Below are positions 1 to 9,852 of a stretch of DNA of 64,000 nt, piece by piece (the stretch's first letter is position 1; each line of letters starts with the position of its first letter). Under the pieces are notes generated by a model. That model saw only the letters and a list, made by a program, of their open reading frames with translations. It did not search any database and was not told the DNA's origin. The stretch is from contig JAPLHV010000020.1 of assembly GCA_026389455.1 (NCBI GenBank), forward strand, positions 16,447 to 80,446, written 5' to 3'. This stretch comes from Coprothermobacterota bacterium (GTDB taxonomy: Bacteria > Caldisericota > JANLFM01). A program made the translations under genes and the position numbers.

Positions 1-37
1 CCAAGTGAACCTGCTTCTGTCTCCATCATCGATATTA

Positions 38-83
38 GACACCCTGCCGGGGGCTATTTACCCTGCCGGGGGCTATTTAGTGC
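38..83 (+). repeat. Core-family array, 19-bp period, 2 units (CCCTGCCGGGGGCTATTTA)
   Basis: Direct reading: GACA-CCCTGCCGGGGGCTATTTA-CCCTGCCGGGGGCTATTTA-GTG. An imperfect inverted partner, CCTCCGGCAG, lies at about 100-110. Confidence 0.9.
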
Positions 84-3000
84 GAGGAGATTTCCTCCGG
101 CAGTGAGATCTGCGCTCGAAGCGCTGGGTCAGACAGGAGCTTGATCGGCGATTGAGGATTTTGCAGGATGTCCAGCAACTTCTCCACCTGGTAGCCGGAA
201 TCCTCGCCAGCCGATCGTAACCAAGCTGCAATCTCCAGCCACTTCTTGATATCGGCTGGGACAAACGTAATTGCGACCCCCTTTTCCTCATTGTCCGGGT
301 TTGTTTCCAGGGTTTCTACCGTGGCCGAGGCGAGCAACCAGCGCACAGCTTCGATGAAAGCTTCCCGAGAGAACCAGAGGATTCCGTTCCAGCGGTGAAC
401 TCCCAGCCACTTGCGGGCTTCCCCATCGGCAAAGAGGCGATGCACGGCTTCTGTGGCGGCGAGGAGGGCGTCATGCCGGCGAGCGTGAAGTGTGAAGCGC
501 AGGCTGAGCTCCATGCGGACAATGGCCGACCCGAGGGCTGCGCCTTGCATCGAGAAACCAAGGTTTACCAAGGCTTCCTCCAGGCTGCCGGACATCCGCC
601 AAGCTTCCAACCGATCCCGGCCTAGATTTCCTGTTCGCTCGTTGGCAGAGAGGTTTCCCAAAGGGCGCAGCAAGGCGCAAGCCAGGAGGATCGCTCCCCG
701 TCGGGGCCATTCTTCTTGATCCGGCAACAGCTCGGCGCCAGGGATGGCTTGCGCAAGGAGGGCTTGTGTCAGGGATGGCAGGAGACGGATCTGATGGATC
801 TCGTGCAGTACTTGGCCAATCAAGGGCGAGAGGTCTGTTTGGACTTCTGCCGCGGAAGCGATATCCGCGAGGAATCTCGCCATTCTTCTTTCCAGATCAC
901 TGAAGGTCGCTTCCTCTTCCTCAGGCGCCAGCAGACGATGCGCCAGATCGGCCTCAAGGAGGGAGCGCAAAGATCGCTGGAGTGGCTTCCTCAGTAGTTC
1001 AATGATCGCTTCTTCCAGACTGGGGACGCCACGTCCCGCAAGGTTTGCTGCGAGTTCGCGGTAGGGGCGGTTTGGCGCGTCTCGTACCTGGCGGAAGTCC
1101 TGAAAAAGATGTCGTTGGTAGGCTTCCAATTCTAGAGAAAGCCCTTCCTTCCAGAGCAGAGGGCAAGGAAGGATGTACTCGAAGCCTTGAGTGGCGTCAC
1201 GGAAGAGGCAGCAACTGCCAGGATCCTCATCCAAGCCAAGCCACGCGGCCAGCGAAGAGGTGCGCAGACGGCGGTCTCCTTTCGGGTCGCGTTCCAGAAA
1301 GGGCACTGAATCACGGATTACCCCGCGCGTGGCGGCAAAGCGGTTGTGGTAGACGACTAGCGCCCTCTCGTCCTCATCCCCATTGGAGTAAGCGAAGACG
1401 TTCTCATCGGCCTCCCCCCCCGGTGTCCGGAAATCATAGAGAAGGAAGTGTTCCACGCCGGCGAAGAGCGAGCGGCGGCGAAGCAGAGGGAAGATCTCTC
1501 GCTCATGGGCCGCCACAAGCGCAGGGTCTGCCTCCTCCTGTCGCATGGGCCGCTCATACTCCATCCCGTACTTCTCCTCGAAACCCTCCACCTGGCCGTG
1601 GCCGAACATCGGCAGACCGGGAAGGGTAGCCAGCATGGTGCATGCGCCCAGGTACTTGTCGCCCTTGCCGAATTGGTCGACAGCGGTTCGCTCGTCCGGG
1701 TTGCTGAGAAAGTTGACGAAGCGCCTTAGCACTTCGGGGTCAAAGGCAAGGGTCTCCTTCATCACCCGGCGATAGCCGGCATTGTCCTCGTCCCGGAGCA
1801 TGTGCATGAATGCGCTGTTGTACACCCGGTGCATCCCCAGGGTGCGGACGAAGTACCCCTCCATCAACCAGAAAGCCTCGGCCAAGAGCAAGGTGTCGGG
1901 CGCCTCGCGGCTTACCCGGTCGACCACTTCTCTCCAGAATTCGACCGGCATCAACCGGTCGAATTGGGCTTTGGTCAAGCCATGTTCCCAGCGAGAGGGA
2001 ATCCCACCGCCGCTTCCCGGTTCTGGGAACCACAGACGCTGGAAGTGTTTGCGGGCCAACGTCATGGCCGCGTCGAAGCGGATCACAGGGAACCGTTTGG
2101 CTACCTCCAGGATGGCATTGATGACCGCCTCCCTTGTCTCGGGATTGGTGTAATCAAGTTGGGCCGTGTCGTTCCAAGGCATGTTGGTGCCATCGTTGCC
2201 ATGGTAGGTGTAGCGCTGTTCACCGGTTTCCCGGTCCTTGCGGAGGAACGTCACAGCAGCATCCTGGCGGCTGTAGTAGTGGTTTTCCAAGTAGATCGCC
2301 GCACGTGGGTCGCCGGAGAGATCAGGACCATTGAAGGAATAGGCAGGATAGGGGCACTCCGGCAGAGCGAGGAAATAGTCAGGGTGTTCCATTACCCAGC
2401 GGGAATCGATGCCCATGTGGTTCGGCACCATGTCGCTGGCCAAGCGAATCCCATAGGTTGAGGCGCGTTGTCGCAGGCCGGCCAAGGCAGCCTCTCCGCC
2501 AATTCGTTGGGCGATGGTGTAATCATAGATGGAGTAGGCTGAAGCGGCTGCCCCGGGGTTGCCGCAGAGCCGCTTGATCTCCGCCGAGGCAGCGCTTCGT
2601 TCCCAGACGCCGATCAGCCAAAGACCGGTAAAGCCTCGGCGGGCGAGAAGTTCCAGCTCTTCATCCGGGATCTCATCCAAACGATGAATTGACCGTCCGT
2701 ACTGGCGTGAAAGCTGCTCCAACCATACATAGGCGTTCTTGGAGAGCAGAACCAGCCGGGGCATCCATTGCCGGTCCAGGCTGAACGCTTCCGGTTCGCC
2801 TTGCAGAAGCGAGTAGTCGGGTGGGCGGCCCGGTCCGGCGCCACCTCCCACTTCTCCGGCAGGCCCTCCAAAAGAGAGAGCCAAGGCTCGTTCCTCCTCA
2901 GCCAGCAGATCCAGGCCGCTGAGCAAGCGGTAGAGGGATTTCCCCAGCAACAGACCCCAGTGGCGTCGTATGTAGTCCAACTGACCGGCCAGGGAGCGGG

Positions 3001-3634
3001 GAGAGGCGACAGCCGGCGAGCGCAGCATGGTCAGCAAATCCTGCTGGTCCGGGCCGAAAGGGGGAAGGCGCGGGAAGATCGTTTGAAGGGTGGCAATGGC
3101 TTCGTCGTAGGCGGTTCCCTGGAGTTCGTTTTCTGCGAAAAGGTCGTGAAAGGGCGCTAATGCAGGGTTGACGTTATCCAACCAGAGCAGGATCAGCTCT
3201 TCCAGGGGGATCCCCGGATCTCCCTCGTCAGGCAGGTCAGTCAATGTCGGGGGTTGAGGTTGCGGCTGGGTGACAGGAAGGAACTCCTCTTTGCAGCGCT
3301 GAATAAGGAGATCGATGCTCTGTTTCCCGAGGTGATCCTGTAGGCAGTTCAAAGCGGTGAAAAAGGGATCAGGAACCGCCGCTTGGCGATAGAGGCGGAT
3401 AACGGCATGCATTGCTCCTGCCAAGAGGCCGAAGGCGTTGATCTCCCCGGCTCGCACCGAGCGTTCCGGGAATAGCTTGGCGTTGCGGACTTCATCGATG
3501 CGCCGAGCCAGGCTTCGGGCAGCCAAAGGAGTGTCAGCGCGGATTTTTCCAGTCGGGGTGAAGAGACCATTCTCGAAACCGTAGCGTAACCTGGCTCGTC
3601 GGGAGATGCGGAACTCATTTCGATCGTCGCTCAT
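77..3634 (-). CDS. Large multidomain alpha-amylase-family (GH13-like) glycoside hydrolase
   Basis: 1185-aa ORF. The central region carries GH13-type motifs (GIRLASDMVPNHMG, VIRFDAAMTL, LLLAEAFW, FLSNPDE). The stop codon overlaps the last unit of the 19-bp repeat at 38-83. Confidence 0.7.
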   Translation of the reverse strand: MSDDRNEFRISRRARLRYGFENGLFTPTGKIRADTPLAARSLARRIDEVRNAKLFPERSVRAGEINAFGLLAGAMHAVIRLYRQAAVPDPFFTALNCLQDHLGKQSIDLLIQRCKEEFLPVTQPQPQPPTLTDLPDEGDPGIPLEELILLWLDNVNPALAPFHDLFAENELQGTAYDEAIATLQTIFPRLPPFGPDQQDLLTMLRSPAVASPRSLAGQLDYIRRHWGLLLGKSLYRLLSGLDLLAEEERALALSFGGPAGEVGGGAGPGRPPDYSLLQGEPEAFSLDRQWMPRLVLLSKNAYVWLEQLSRQYGRSIHRLDEIPDEELELLARRGFTGLWLIGVWERSAASAEIKRLCGNPGAAASAYSIYDYTIAQRIGGEAALAGLRQRASTYGIRLASDMVPNHMGIDSRWVMEHPDYFLALPECPYPAYSFNGPDLSGDPRAAIYLENHYYSRQDAAVTFLRKDRETGEQRYTYHGNDGTNMPWNDTAQLDYTNPETREAVINAILEVAKRFPVIRFDAAMTLARKHFQRLWFPEPGSGGGIPSRWEHGLTKAQFDRLMPVEFWREVVDRVSREAPDTLLLAEAFWLMEGYFVRTLGMHRVYNSAFMHMLRDEDNAGYRRVMKETLAFDPEVLRRFVNFLSNPDERTAVDQFGKGDKYLGACTMLATLPGLPMFGHGQVEGFEEKYGMEYERPMRQEEADPALVAAHEREIFPLLRRRSLFAGVEHFLLYDFRTPGGEADENVFAYSNGDEDERALVVYHNRFAATRGVIRDSVPFLERDPKGDRRLRTSSLAAWLGLDEDPGSCCLFRDATQGFEYILPCPLLWKEGLSLELEAYQRHLFQDFRQVRDAPNRPYRELAANLAGRGVPSLEEAIIELLRKPLQRSLRSLLEADLAHRLLAPEEEEATFSDLERRMARFLADIASAAEVQTDLSPLIGQVLHEIHQIRLLPSLTQALLAQAIPGAELLPDQEEWPRRGAILLACALLRPLGNLSANERTGNLGRDRLEAWRMSGSLEEALVNLGFSMQGAALGSAIVRMELSLRFTLHARRHDALLAATEAVHRLFADGEARKWLGVHRWNGILWFSREAFIEAVRWLLASATVETLETNPDNEEKGVAITFVPADIKKWLEIAAWLRSAGEDSGYQVEKLLDILQNPQSPIKLLSDPALRAQISLPEEISSH

Positions 3635-3843
3635 CTTGAACCTCGTTTTCAGTTTGTTTGAGTTAGTGATTCGATTGTACCCGCAACAGAGGGACCGTGC
3701 CGTTGACTGTTTCCAATTTCGAGAGGGCCGGTGAAGCTATTTTGGGCGGATTTCTGCAGGATCTCGAAGAGAATGGAAAACCTCCCTCAGGATTCTCCTC
3801 GTTGAGGGGGGTGAAAAGGGGTCTACGATAGGCTAGTATTGGA

Positions 3844-3931
3844 TGGTGCCGAAGGTGGGAGTCGAACCCACATGAGGGGTTGCCTCGCGGGTTTTTGAGA
3901 CCCGTGCGTCTGCCAGTTCCGCCACTTCGGC
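3844..3931 (-). tRNA. tRNA-Leu (anticodon CAA), type II with long variable arm, encoded CCA
   Basis: The reverse complement reads GCCGAAGTGGCGGAACTGGCAGACGCACGGGTCTCAAAACCCGCGAGGCAACCCCTCATGTGGGTTCGACTCCCACCTTCGGCACCA. It has a cloverleaf, the anticodon loop CTCAAAA and a TTCGA T-loop. Confidence 0.9.
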
Positions 3932-3950
3932 AAGAGGCTTCAGTATATCT

Positions 3951-4568
3951 ATGAGCGAGAACATGTCAAGCGAGTTCCAGACTGAGAAAAAAGAGACCGA
4001 AGGGCTCTTGCGGAGGGCTTTGGCAGGAGAGCAGGAAGCCATTGGCCTGCTTATGGAGGGGCAAATGGAATTCCTCTACGGTGTCTGTTATCGCTTGCTG
4101 CTTCACCGAGACGATGCCGAAGAAGCGGTTGCCGAGACACTGTACCGAGCCTACCATCGGTTTGCATCCTTTCGTGGAGATTCCCAGTTCACCACGTGGC
4201 TCTACCGCATCGCCACCAATGTCTGCTTGGACTTGCTGCGGCGCCGGCGCCCCGTCCAGCCCTTGGAGACGGAGGATGGATCGCCGGCGCTGCAGCTTCC
4301 CTCTTCTTTCCCCAGCGCGCTCCAGCAGATCGAAAAGGAAGAGGAGCGGGGGGCTTTGCAGACGCTTCTGGAGCGCCTTACTCCCGTCTCTCGTCTGGTC
4401 CTCACCCTGCGCGAGCTGCAGGAACTTCCTTACGAGCGAATCGCTGAGGTGATGAGATGCAGCGAAGGCACCATTAAATCACGCCTGAACCGGGCCAAAA
4501 AGCAAGCGCAGCAGGTGTTGGCCAAAGACCCGGAACTGCGAGCCTTGTTGTCCCGTCAAAGCAAGTAA
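3951..4568 (+). CDS. ECF-type RNA polymerase sigma-70 family factor
   Basis: 205-aa ORF with sigma-70 region 2 (DAEEAVAETLYRAYHRFASFRGDSQFTTWLYRIATNVCLDLLRRR) and a region 4 HTH (LTLRELQELPYERIAEVMRCSEGTIKSRLNRAKK). Confidence 0.9.
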   Translation: MSENMSSEFQTEKKETEGLLRRALAGEQEAIGLLMEGQMEFLYGVCYRLLLHRDDAEEAVAETLYRAYHRFASFRGDSQFTTWLYRIATNVCLDLLRRRRPVQPLETEDGSPALQLPSSFPSALQQIEKEEERGALQTLLERLTPVSRLVLTLRELQELPYERIAEVMRCSEGTIKSRLNRAKKQAQQVLAKDPELRALLSRQSK

Positions 4569-4569
4569 C

Positions 4570-5913
4570 GTGACGAAGATGCCAGTTGACAAAAGCCCGA
4601 CTCACATTATTGAAGGAGCAGCTCGACCGAAGCAATCCTCTCCTCTTGAGATGGAAGCGCTCTGGAGCAAACTGCGCAGTGTCTACCAGGAGGTTGGCGA
4701 AGGCGCCTGGGAAACGTTCTCCCCCTTGACCGCCGGCCGTATCCACCGGAGGACCATGGTCTTGAACGGTCAGCGCTCGCGAAGAACCCGTCATTCCTGG
4801 AATTTGGCCTTCTCCTTGGCCGCAACTTTCTTCCTTTTGCTTCTGGTCATACCCCTGGTTCCCTCTTACCCTGGAGCCGGAGAGGCTGAACGCGGTGGAA
4901 TGCGAGATTTAGCTGCTCCCTATCTTGCAACCGGAACAGGAACCGAAAATTCACTTCCGCTGGAAGCATCTCTCGCGCCCAAGGTCGCCCCGATCCCCGA
5001 GCCGACTTCCGAAGCGTTCGAAACCTTGACGGGGATGGGTGGCGAGGGAGTTCGATATGATTCGGTGACACTGGCCTTTGCTGCCCCCGAGCAGATCGAA
5101 AGCCTCCTTCCTGTATTCCCCGAAGCCCAACAGTACAGCGACGGAACCCTTCTGCTAGCCCAGGGAGATCAAGAAGCGGGAAGCCCGCAAATGGAAACAG
5201 ATTTGAAATCTGTCCCCATTTGCGTGCTTGTCGTTTTCAGAGAAGCGATCCAAGGGACAGAAGAGATGCCGATCGGCTCGGACTTGCTTCTGCTCGCGCC
5301 TAGTTCATCATCCACTCCTGGGCAGGAAAGTTGGCTGGTCTTGGCTTGGCAGGCGTTCCTGGCGACGGTGTGGCCTTGGGGGCTGATCTTGGCACTGGCT
5401 GCCCTGGTTTCGCTGCCCTTCTACTTCCGCCGGCGTCGCCTCTGGTGGGCAGGTGTTTTTTTCACCCTTCTCCTTCTGTCTTTAGTTTTGCCCCTTCTTT
5501 CTCCCGTCGCCGGCGACGACCGCTTGCTGTTGGAGAGCGCTGATCATCTTTCCTCATCCCTGCTGCCATGGCCTATGCCAACAGCTACGGAAGCGCCATT
5601 AACCATCCTCAGCGCAGTCGAGAACCCTCCCAGCGATTCCCCCTTCACCTTGCCGCTCGGGGCGCCGGACAAAGACCTCTCTCTGTTGTTGGAGGGTTAC
5701 GGTTTGCGCATTGAGGGCAGTGAAGCGCCGGTAAAAACGGTGCAATGGGTCTCCTTGCCGGCCAGCCAACTATTTTCGCTTCAACTCGCCTTTCTCGGAT
5801 TGCGAGCTTTGCTTCTCTTCGTTCCGTTATTTCTCTTTGGCTGGTTGACTTTCTCGCGAGGGTTGCAGACACCGGCGCTGAAAAGCGAGGATCGCCTGCC
5901 AAAGCTCCTGTAA
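4570..5913 (+). CDS. Membrane protein, putative anti-sigma factor (role inferred from position only)
   Basis: 447-aa ORF with a GTG start 2 nt after the sigma gene stop and several hydrophobic TM-like segments. It contains the palindromic element at 5186-5224. Its 3' end overlaps convergent uppS by 87 nt. Confidence 0.5.
   Translation: MTKMPVDKSPTHIIEGAARPKQSSPLEMEALWSKLRSVYQEVGEGAWETFSPLTAGRIHRRTMVLNGQRSRRTRHSWNLAFSLAATFFLLLLVIPLVPSYPGAGEAERGGMRDLAAPYLATGTGTENSLPLEASLAPKVAPIPEPTSEAFETLTGMGGEGVRYDSVTLAFAAPEQIESLLPVFPEAQQYSDGTLLLAQGDQEAGSPQMETDLKSVPICVLVVFREAIQGTEEMPIGSDLLLLAPSSSSTPGQESWLVLAWQAFLATVWPWGLILALAALVSLPFYFRRRRLWWAGVFFTLLLLSLVLPLLSPVAGDDRLLLESADHLSSSLLPWPMPTATEAPLTILSAVENPPSDSPFTLPLGAPDKDLSLLLEGYGLRIEGSEAPVKTVQWVSLPASQLFSLQLAFLGLRALLLFVPLFLFGWLTFSRGLQTPALKSEDRLPKLL
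5186..5224. repeat. Second copy of the ACAGATTT-N-AAATCTGT palindromic element, inside a CDS
   Basis: CGCAAATGGAAACAGATTT-G-AAATCTGTCCCCATTTGCG (19-nt arms, 2 mismatches). 26 of 29 central nt are identical to 11765-11793. Confidence 0.85.
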
Positions 5914-6612
5914 GTCGAAGTCTGGCCAAAGAGTGGAGGTGATGTAGTAGTAAGCCTCTTCGATCTGCCAAAGGAGGAAGTTGCTGACGCGCTGTTCTCC
6001 CGAGGTACGGATCAGCAGGTCAGGGAAGGAGAGGTCGGGGGCATAGAGGAAACGACGAAAGCCCTCCTGGTCGAGATGGAAGAACTCCCTGGCGGGGGCT
6101 GAAGAGTTGATGCTTTTCTCTCGGGCGCCCAAGGCAGCGTTGGCGGCATCCACCATCTCCGGCTTGGCGCCGTAGTTGATGGCCAGGTTGAGGATCATGC
6201 CGGTGCATCCAGCTGTCTTTTGGAGGGCGAAGGCGATGGCCTGGTGGATGCGGGAAGGCATCTGCGCGATGCGGCCGCTCAAACGTAACCGGACGTTGTT
6301 TTCGGCCAATTCCCAGGCAATGTCGTAAAGGTATTCCTCCAACAATACGATCAGTGCCTGCACTTCTTCCATGGGACGATTCCAGTTCTCGGTGGAGAAG
6401 CCGAAGAGGGTGAGCGCTTGAATTCCTAGGGCATGGCAATTTCGGGTACAGCGCTTGGCCGTTTCCCCCCCCGCTCGGTGCCCTTGAGGTCTGGTCAGTC
6501 CACGATTTAGCGCCCAACGTCCATTCCCGTCCAAGAGGATGGCAATGTGGCGGGGGAGGCGCAATCCCCCTTGTTCGATGCTATTTCTTACTTCTCCGAC
6601 TGATAAGGTCAA
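5827..6612 (-). CDS. uppS: Undecaprenyl/isoprenyl diphosphate synthase (cis-prenyltransferase)
   Basis: Motifs PRHIAILLDGNGRWA and FGFSTENWNRP, plus the C-terminal RTSGEQRVSNFLLWQ. Confidence 0.92.
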   Translation of the reverse strand: MTLSVGEVRNSIEQGGLRLPRHIAILLDGNGRWALNRGLTRPQGHRAGGETAKRCTRNCHALGIQALTLFGFSTENWNRPMEEVQALIVLLEEYLYDIAWELAENNVRLRLSGRIAQMPSRIHQAIAFALQKTAGCTGMILNLAINYGAKPEMVDAANAALGAREKSINSSAPAREFFHLDQEGFRRFLYAPDLSFPDLLIRTSGEQRVSNFLLWQIEEAYYYITSTLWPDFDLQELWQAILAFQRRCLQPSRESQPAKEK

Positions 6613-7621
6613 TTTTCCAAGCCCCCCAGAATAGGATCACGATGAGCGCTGCCCAGATCAACAAAGCCACCAAAGCATCCACTTGAACCATGAAGAAAGC
6701 GACGATGCCCAGGGCAATGCTGACCGCGTACAACAGCAAGACGACGGTACGGTGTGAAATGCCGCGATGCAGCAGTTGGTCGTGGATATGTTCTCGATCC
6801 GCTGTGAAGATGTCCTTTCCCCGGATTCGCCGGCGTAGAACAGCGAAGAGGGTATTGATAAGCGGTAGACCGAGCGAGAGGATAGGGATGCTGATCGCTA
6901 CGAGAAAAGAGCGCTTTAACAGCCCTTCGACCGAAATACAGGAGAGAACGAACCCGAGGAACATGATCCCCGCTTCCCCCATGAAGATCTTTGCCGGGTG
7001 AAAGTTGTACGGCAGAAAACCAAGACAGGCGCCGGCCAAAGCCAGCATGGCGAGCACTGAAGTGGGAGATCCGTAGTTCAGCAAGTCGGTCTGCCAAGCC
7101 ACCGCCGCCAGGGTCAGCGCAGAGATGGCGCAGATCCCCGCCGCCAACCCATCCAACCCATCCATTACCTTGATCGAGGAGGTGAGGCCGGCGATCCACA
7201 GGACGGTAACCGGGACCGCTGCTGCGGCTAGGAGGAGCATGTCGCTGCCGAATGGGTTGGAGAAGAACTGGATGCGCACCCCAAATGCCACGGCTACAGA
7301 TGCGGCGACGAGGATGCCCAGAAGTTGAAGGCGAGAAGAGATCTTCCAGCGGTCATCGATCAAACCCAAGATGAGCGCTAGAACAGCGCCGACAAGGATG
7401 CCGATCCCTTCCTTGGAGAGGTTGTCGGTGATCAGGATCGGGAGACTGAAGCCGCCAAAGATGGCGAGCCCACCGAGAAGGGGCACTGGAGCGCGGTTCA
7501 CGGAGAAAGCGGTGGGGTTGTATTGGATATTGAACCGTACCGCGACCCAGCGAAAGACAGGAGTTAAGAAGAGCGTTGCCAGAAACGAAACCGGCAATGC
7601 CCAAAGGAGACCGCTCATCAA
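6581..7621 (-). CDS. Glycosyltransferase family 4 (MraY/WecA-type) polyprenyl-phosphate sugar-1-phosphate transferase
   Basis: 346-aa polytopic membrane ORF with motifs GLIDDR, MDGLDGLAAG and FMGEAG. Confidence 0.85.
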   Translation of the reverse strand: MMSGLLWALPVSFLATLFLTPVFRWVAVRFNIQYNPTAFSVNRAPVPLLGGLAIFGGFSLPILITDNLSKEGIGILVGAVLALILGLIDDRWKISSRLQLLGILVAASVAVAFGVRIQFFSNPFGSDMLLLAAAAVPVTVLWIAGLTSSIKVMDGLDGLAAGICAISALTLAAVAWQTDLLNYGSPTSVLAMLALAGACLGFLPYNFHPAKIFMGEAGIMFLGFVLSCISVEGLLKRSFLVAISIPILSLGLPLINTLFAVLRRRIRGKDIFTADREHIHDQLLHRGISHRTVVLLLYAVSIALGIVAFFMVQVDALVALLIWAALIVILFWGAWKIDLISRRSKK

Positions 7622-9601
7622 CTAGAAGAAGGAAAAGCTCCCGGCGATCTGATCGAAGGCTGGAGTAAGGGCGGGGAAAGCATCCAGGCTGATGTCGAAG
7701 GTGACCAGGTAACCGCGCGTACCCTGTACCAGATAGTACTGGATTTCCTGCAAGGGTTGCCCTTGGAAGGAGATGGTGAAAATACGCTTGAAAGCAGGTT
7801 GCCCACCCAAATTGACGCTCTCCAAAGAAAGACTCTGGTAGTTGTCGTAGAAATTCTTTAAGCGCTCTTTTTCGATCTTCTCGGCAAATTGCTCCGCAGT
7901 CATCGACACTGCCAATTCCTCCACTTTCACCGTTTGATTGGGAAGGTAGTTTTGTGTTACCGGGCCGGTGACGTAAGCCGCCACACCCGGCAAATTACCT
8001 TGCTGCCAGCCCTCAGGAATAGAGAAAGAGAAGCCGAAGTCATCGTTGCGTACGGTGTTGCCGGGGGGAGTAGGGGAGGGAGTTGAAGGAGATGAGGGAG
8101 TGAGAGTAGCTGTGGGGGTTGCACTTTTGGGAATGAACCAATTGTTCACCATTTGCCGGAAGGCGCCCTCCAACTGCGGGTAATTCTGCTCTGGGGAGTA
8201 GGAGAAAAAGTAGTATCCAGTTGTGCCGTTCACTGCACAGCCAAGGATGCCTTTATAGCCGGTGGCCACAAAGGGAATCACTTTTCCGTTGATGTCGCCG
8301 AAAAGGCGGTCTTCCTGGCTGAAAAGGCACCCGGAGAAGCGTCCTTCAGCCCATGCTTCATTCTCTTGGGCATAGCCGGCTAGGTCTTTCCCAGCGGCGA
8401 TTTCCTCGTAACCGAAGATGGCTGAATAGGCGAACTTGGTATCCGTCTGGGTAGGGGCGACCAGCCGCACCAGATTATCCCCTGCCCCTATCTCCCAGTT
8501 GGAGGGGTACTTGAAAGTGAAGGGGAGGGCGGAATCTGTGTACATCTGGAAGGAGATGCCCTCCGTCGAGACGATCACTTCGGCGGTCGCGGAGAGCCCG
8601 TTGGCCAGAGCTTCCACTGTCCCGGCGCCCTCTTTTTCGGCAGTGAAGTTGCCGTTGCCGTCAATCTTGCCTACTTCTCCGACCAATTGCCACTGGGCAG
8701 AGATGGCCACTTCCACGTTGTCTTTGTCGTACCCTTTGACGATGAACTGATAGATCTCTCCCAGCTTCAACTCGATGGAAGGCGGGATCACCTCGATGCG
8801 CCGGACCGGAGTGGCCGGTCCATCTCGAACAATCGCCACGGCTGAACCGGAGACTTCTTTGTTGTTGTAGGCATAGCTGGCGATGATGGTTGCGTTTCCT
8901 GCTTTAGCAGCCTTGAAAGTGCCATTTTGTTCGATACTGCCCTGATTCGGTTCCAAGACTGCCCACTTCGCTTGAATGGTTATCTCGGCGCCGGTGGAAT
9001 CAACTGCCTTGATTTGGAAGATTTGTTCCTCACCGACAGCTAAATTGGCAGTGGCAGGACTGATTGTGATGCGTTCGATGGCTACTCCGGCTTTCACGCT
9101 TACCTTGGCAGTGGCTTTTTTCTCCCCATTCTTGCTTTGATAGGTGGCCACGATTTCCCCATCTCCAACTTGGCTCGGTTTGAAAACTCCCTTTCCATCG
9201 ACCGTGCCAAGATTGGTGGGAACCACCGACCAGACAATTCCTTCAGTAAAAGAGTTTTTTGCGTTGTCTTTGGTGTACCCGATCACTGTGAAGGCTTGCG
9301 TGGCGTCTAAATCCATCTGCTTGCCGACTGGGTCCAGCTCGATGCGCACGATCTCGTTGTTAGCAGGAGGGTTGGATGGACCAACCACGAGGACATAAAT
9401 CACTACCACTACGGCACAGATCAAGACCAACAGCCCAGCGAAAAGAAGTGGCAGGCGTGAAGCGCTAGGCCCTCCCCGCTTGCGAGACGATTGGAGCTTG
9501 TATCGTCTCTCGCCGAGCCCCGGGCTGATCAAGGGCTCACCGCAATAATTACAAAACGTGCTTCCTTCCGGGTTCTGGCGTCCGCACTTGGTACAGAACA
9601 C
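7622..9601 (-). CDS. Membrane-anchored protein with N-terminal zinc ribbon, repeated Ig-like (Big_2-type) modules and a Thr/Pro/Ser linker
   Basis: 659-aa ORF. It has an N-terminal CTKCGRQNPEGSTFCNYCG, one TM segment, about four similar modules of roughly 85 aa, and a TPTATLTPSSPSTPSPTPP linker. Confidence 0.65.
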   Translation of the reverse strand: MFCTKCGRQNPEGSTFCNYCGEPLISPGLGERRYKLQSSRKRGGPSASRLPLLFAGLLVLICAVVVVIYVLVVGPSNPPANNEIVRIELDPVGKQMDLDATQAFTVIGYTKDNAKNSFTEGIVWSVVPTNLGTVDGKGVFKPSQVGDGEIVATYQSKNGEKKATAKVSVKAGVAIERITISPATANLAVGEEQIFQIKAVDSTGAEITIQAKWAVLEPNQGSIEQNGTFKAAKAGNATIIASYAYNNKEVSGSAVAIVRDGPATPVRRIEVIPPSIELKLGEIYQFIVKGYDKDNVEVAISAQWQLVGEVGKIDGNGNFTAEKEGAGTVEALANGLSATAEVIVSTEGISFQMYTDSALPFTFKYPSNWEIGAGDNLVRLVAPTQTDTKFAYSAIFGYEEIAAGKDLAGYAQENEAWAEGRFSGCLFSQEDRLFGDINGKVIPFVATGYKGILGCAVNGTTGYYFFSYSPEQNYPQLEGAFRQMVNNWFIPKSATPTATLTPSSPSTPSPTPPGNTVRNDDFGFSFSIPEGWQQGNLPGVAAYVTGPVTQNYLPNQTVKVEELAVSMTAEQFAEKIEKERLKNFYDNYQSLSLESVNLGGQPAFKRIFTISFQGQPLQEIQYYLVQGTRGYLVTFDISLDAFPALTPAFDQIAGSFSFF

Positions 9602-9852
9602 TGCTCAGGCCCCCTTCTTGGCGTTTTCCCGCAGAGATCTACCCTTGATGCTCAAACCAGGCAAAATGATCCCGGGTCGAGACTGACGGTTGACCCACTG
9701 CGATGCAGAGCTCGCCCCAGGCTTTCGCCATGTCCGATCAAGAAGGCTGACGTTAAGCTTGGAGTTTACCCTATGATCAATTGTAGTATATTCCCCGTTG
9801 TTTCGCTCAGCGGTCATGTCAACGGCCTCTCGTGTTAGAATGATGCGTATCA

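Noticed and set aside
5827-5913. The 87-nt convergent overlap of the anti-sigma-like ORF and uppS as a regulatory antisense arrangement.
   Set aside because: The overlap is more simply explained by an over-long poorly conserved C-terminus of the membrane ORF or of UppS. No supporting structure or motif was seen.
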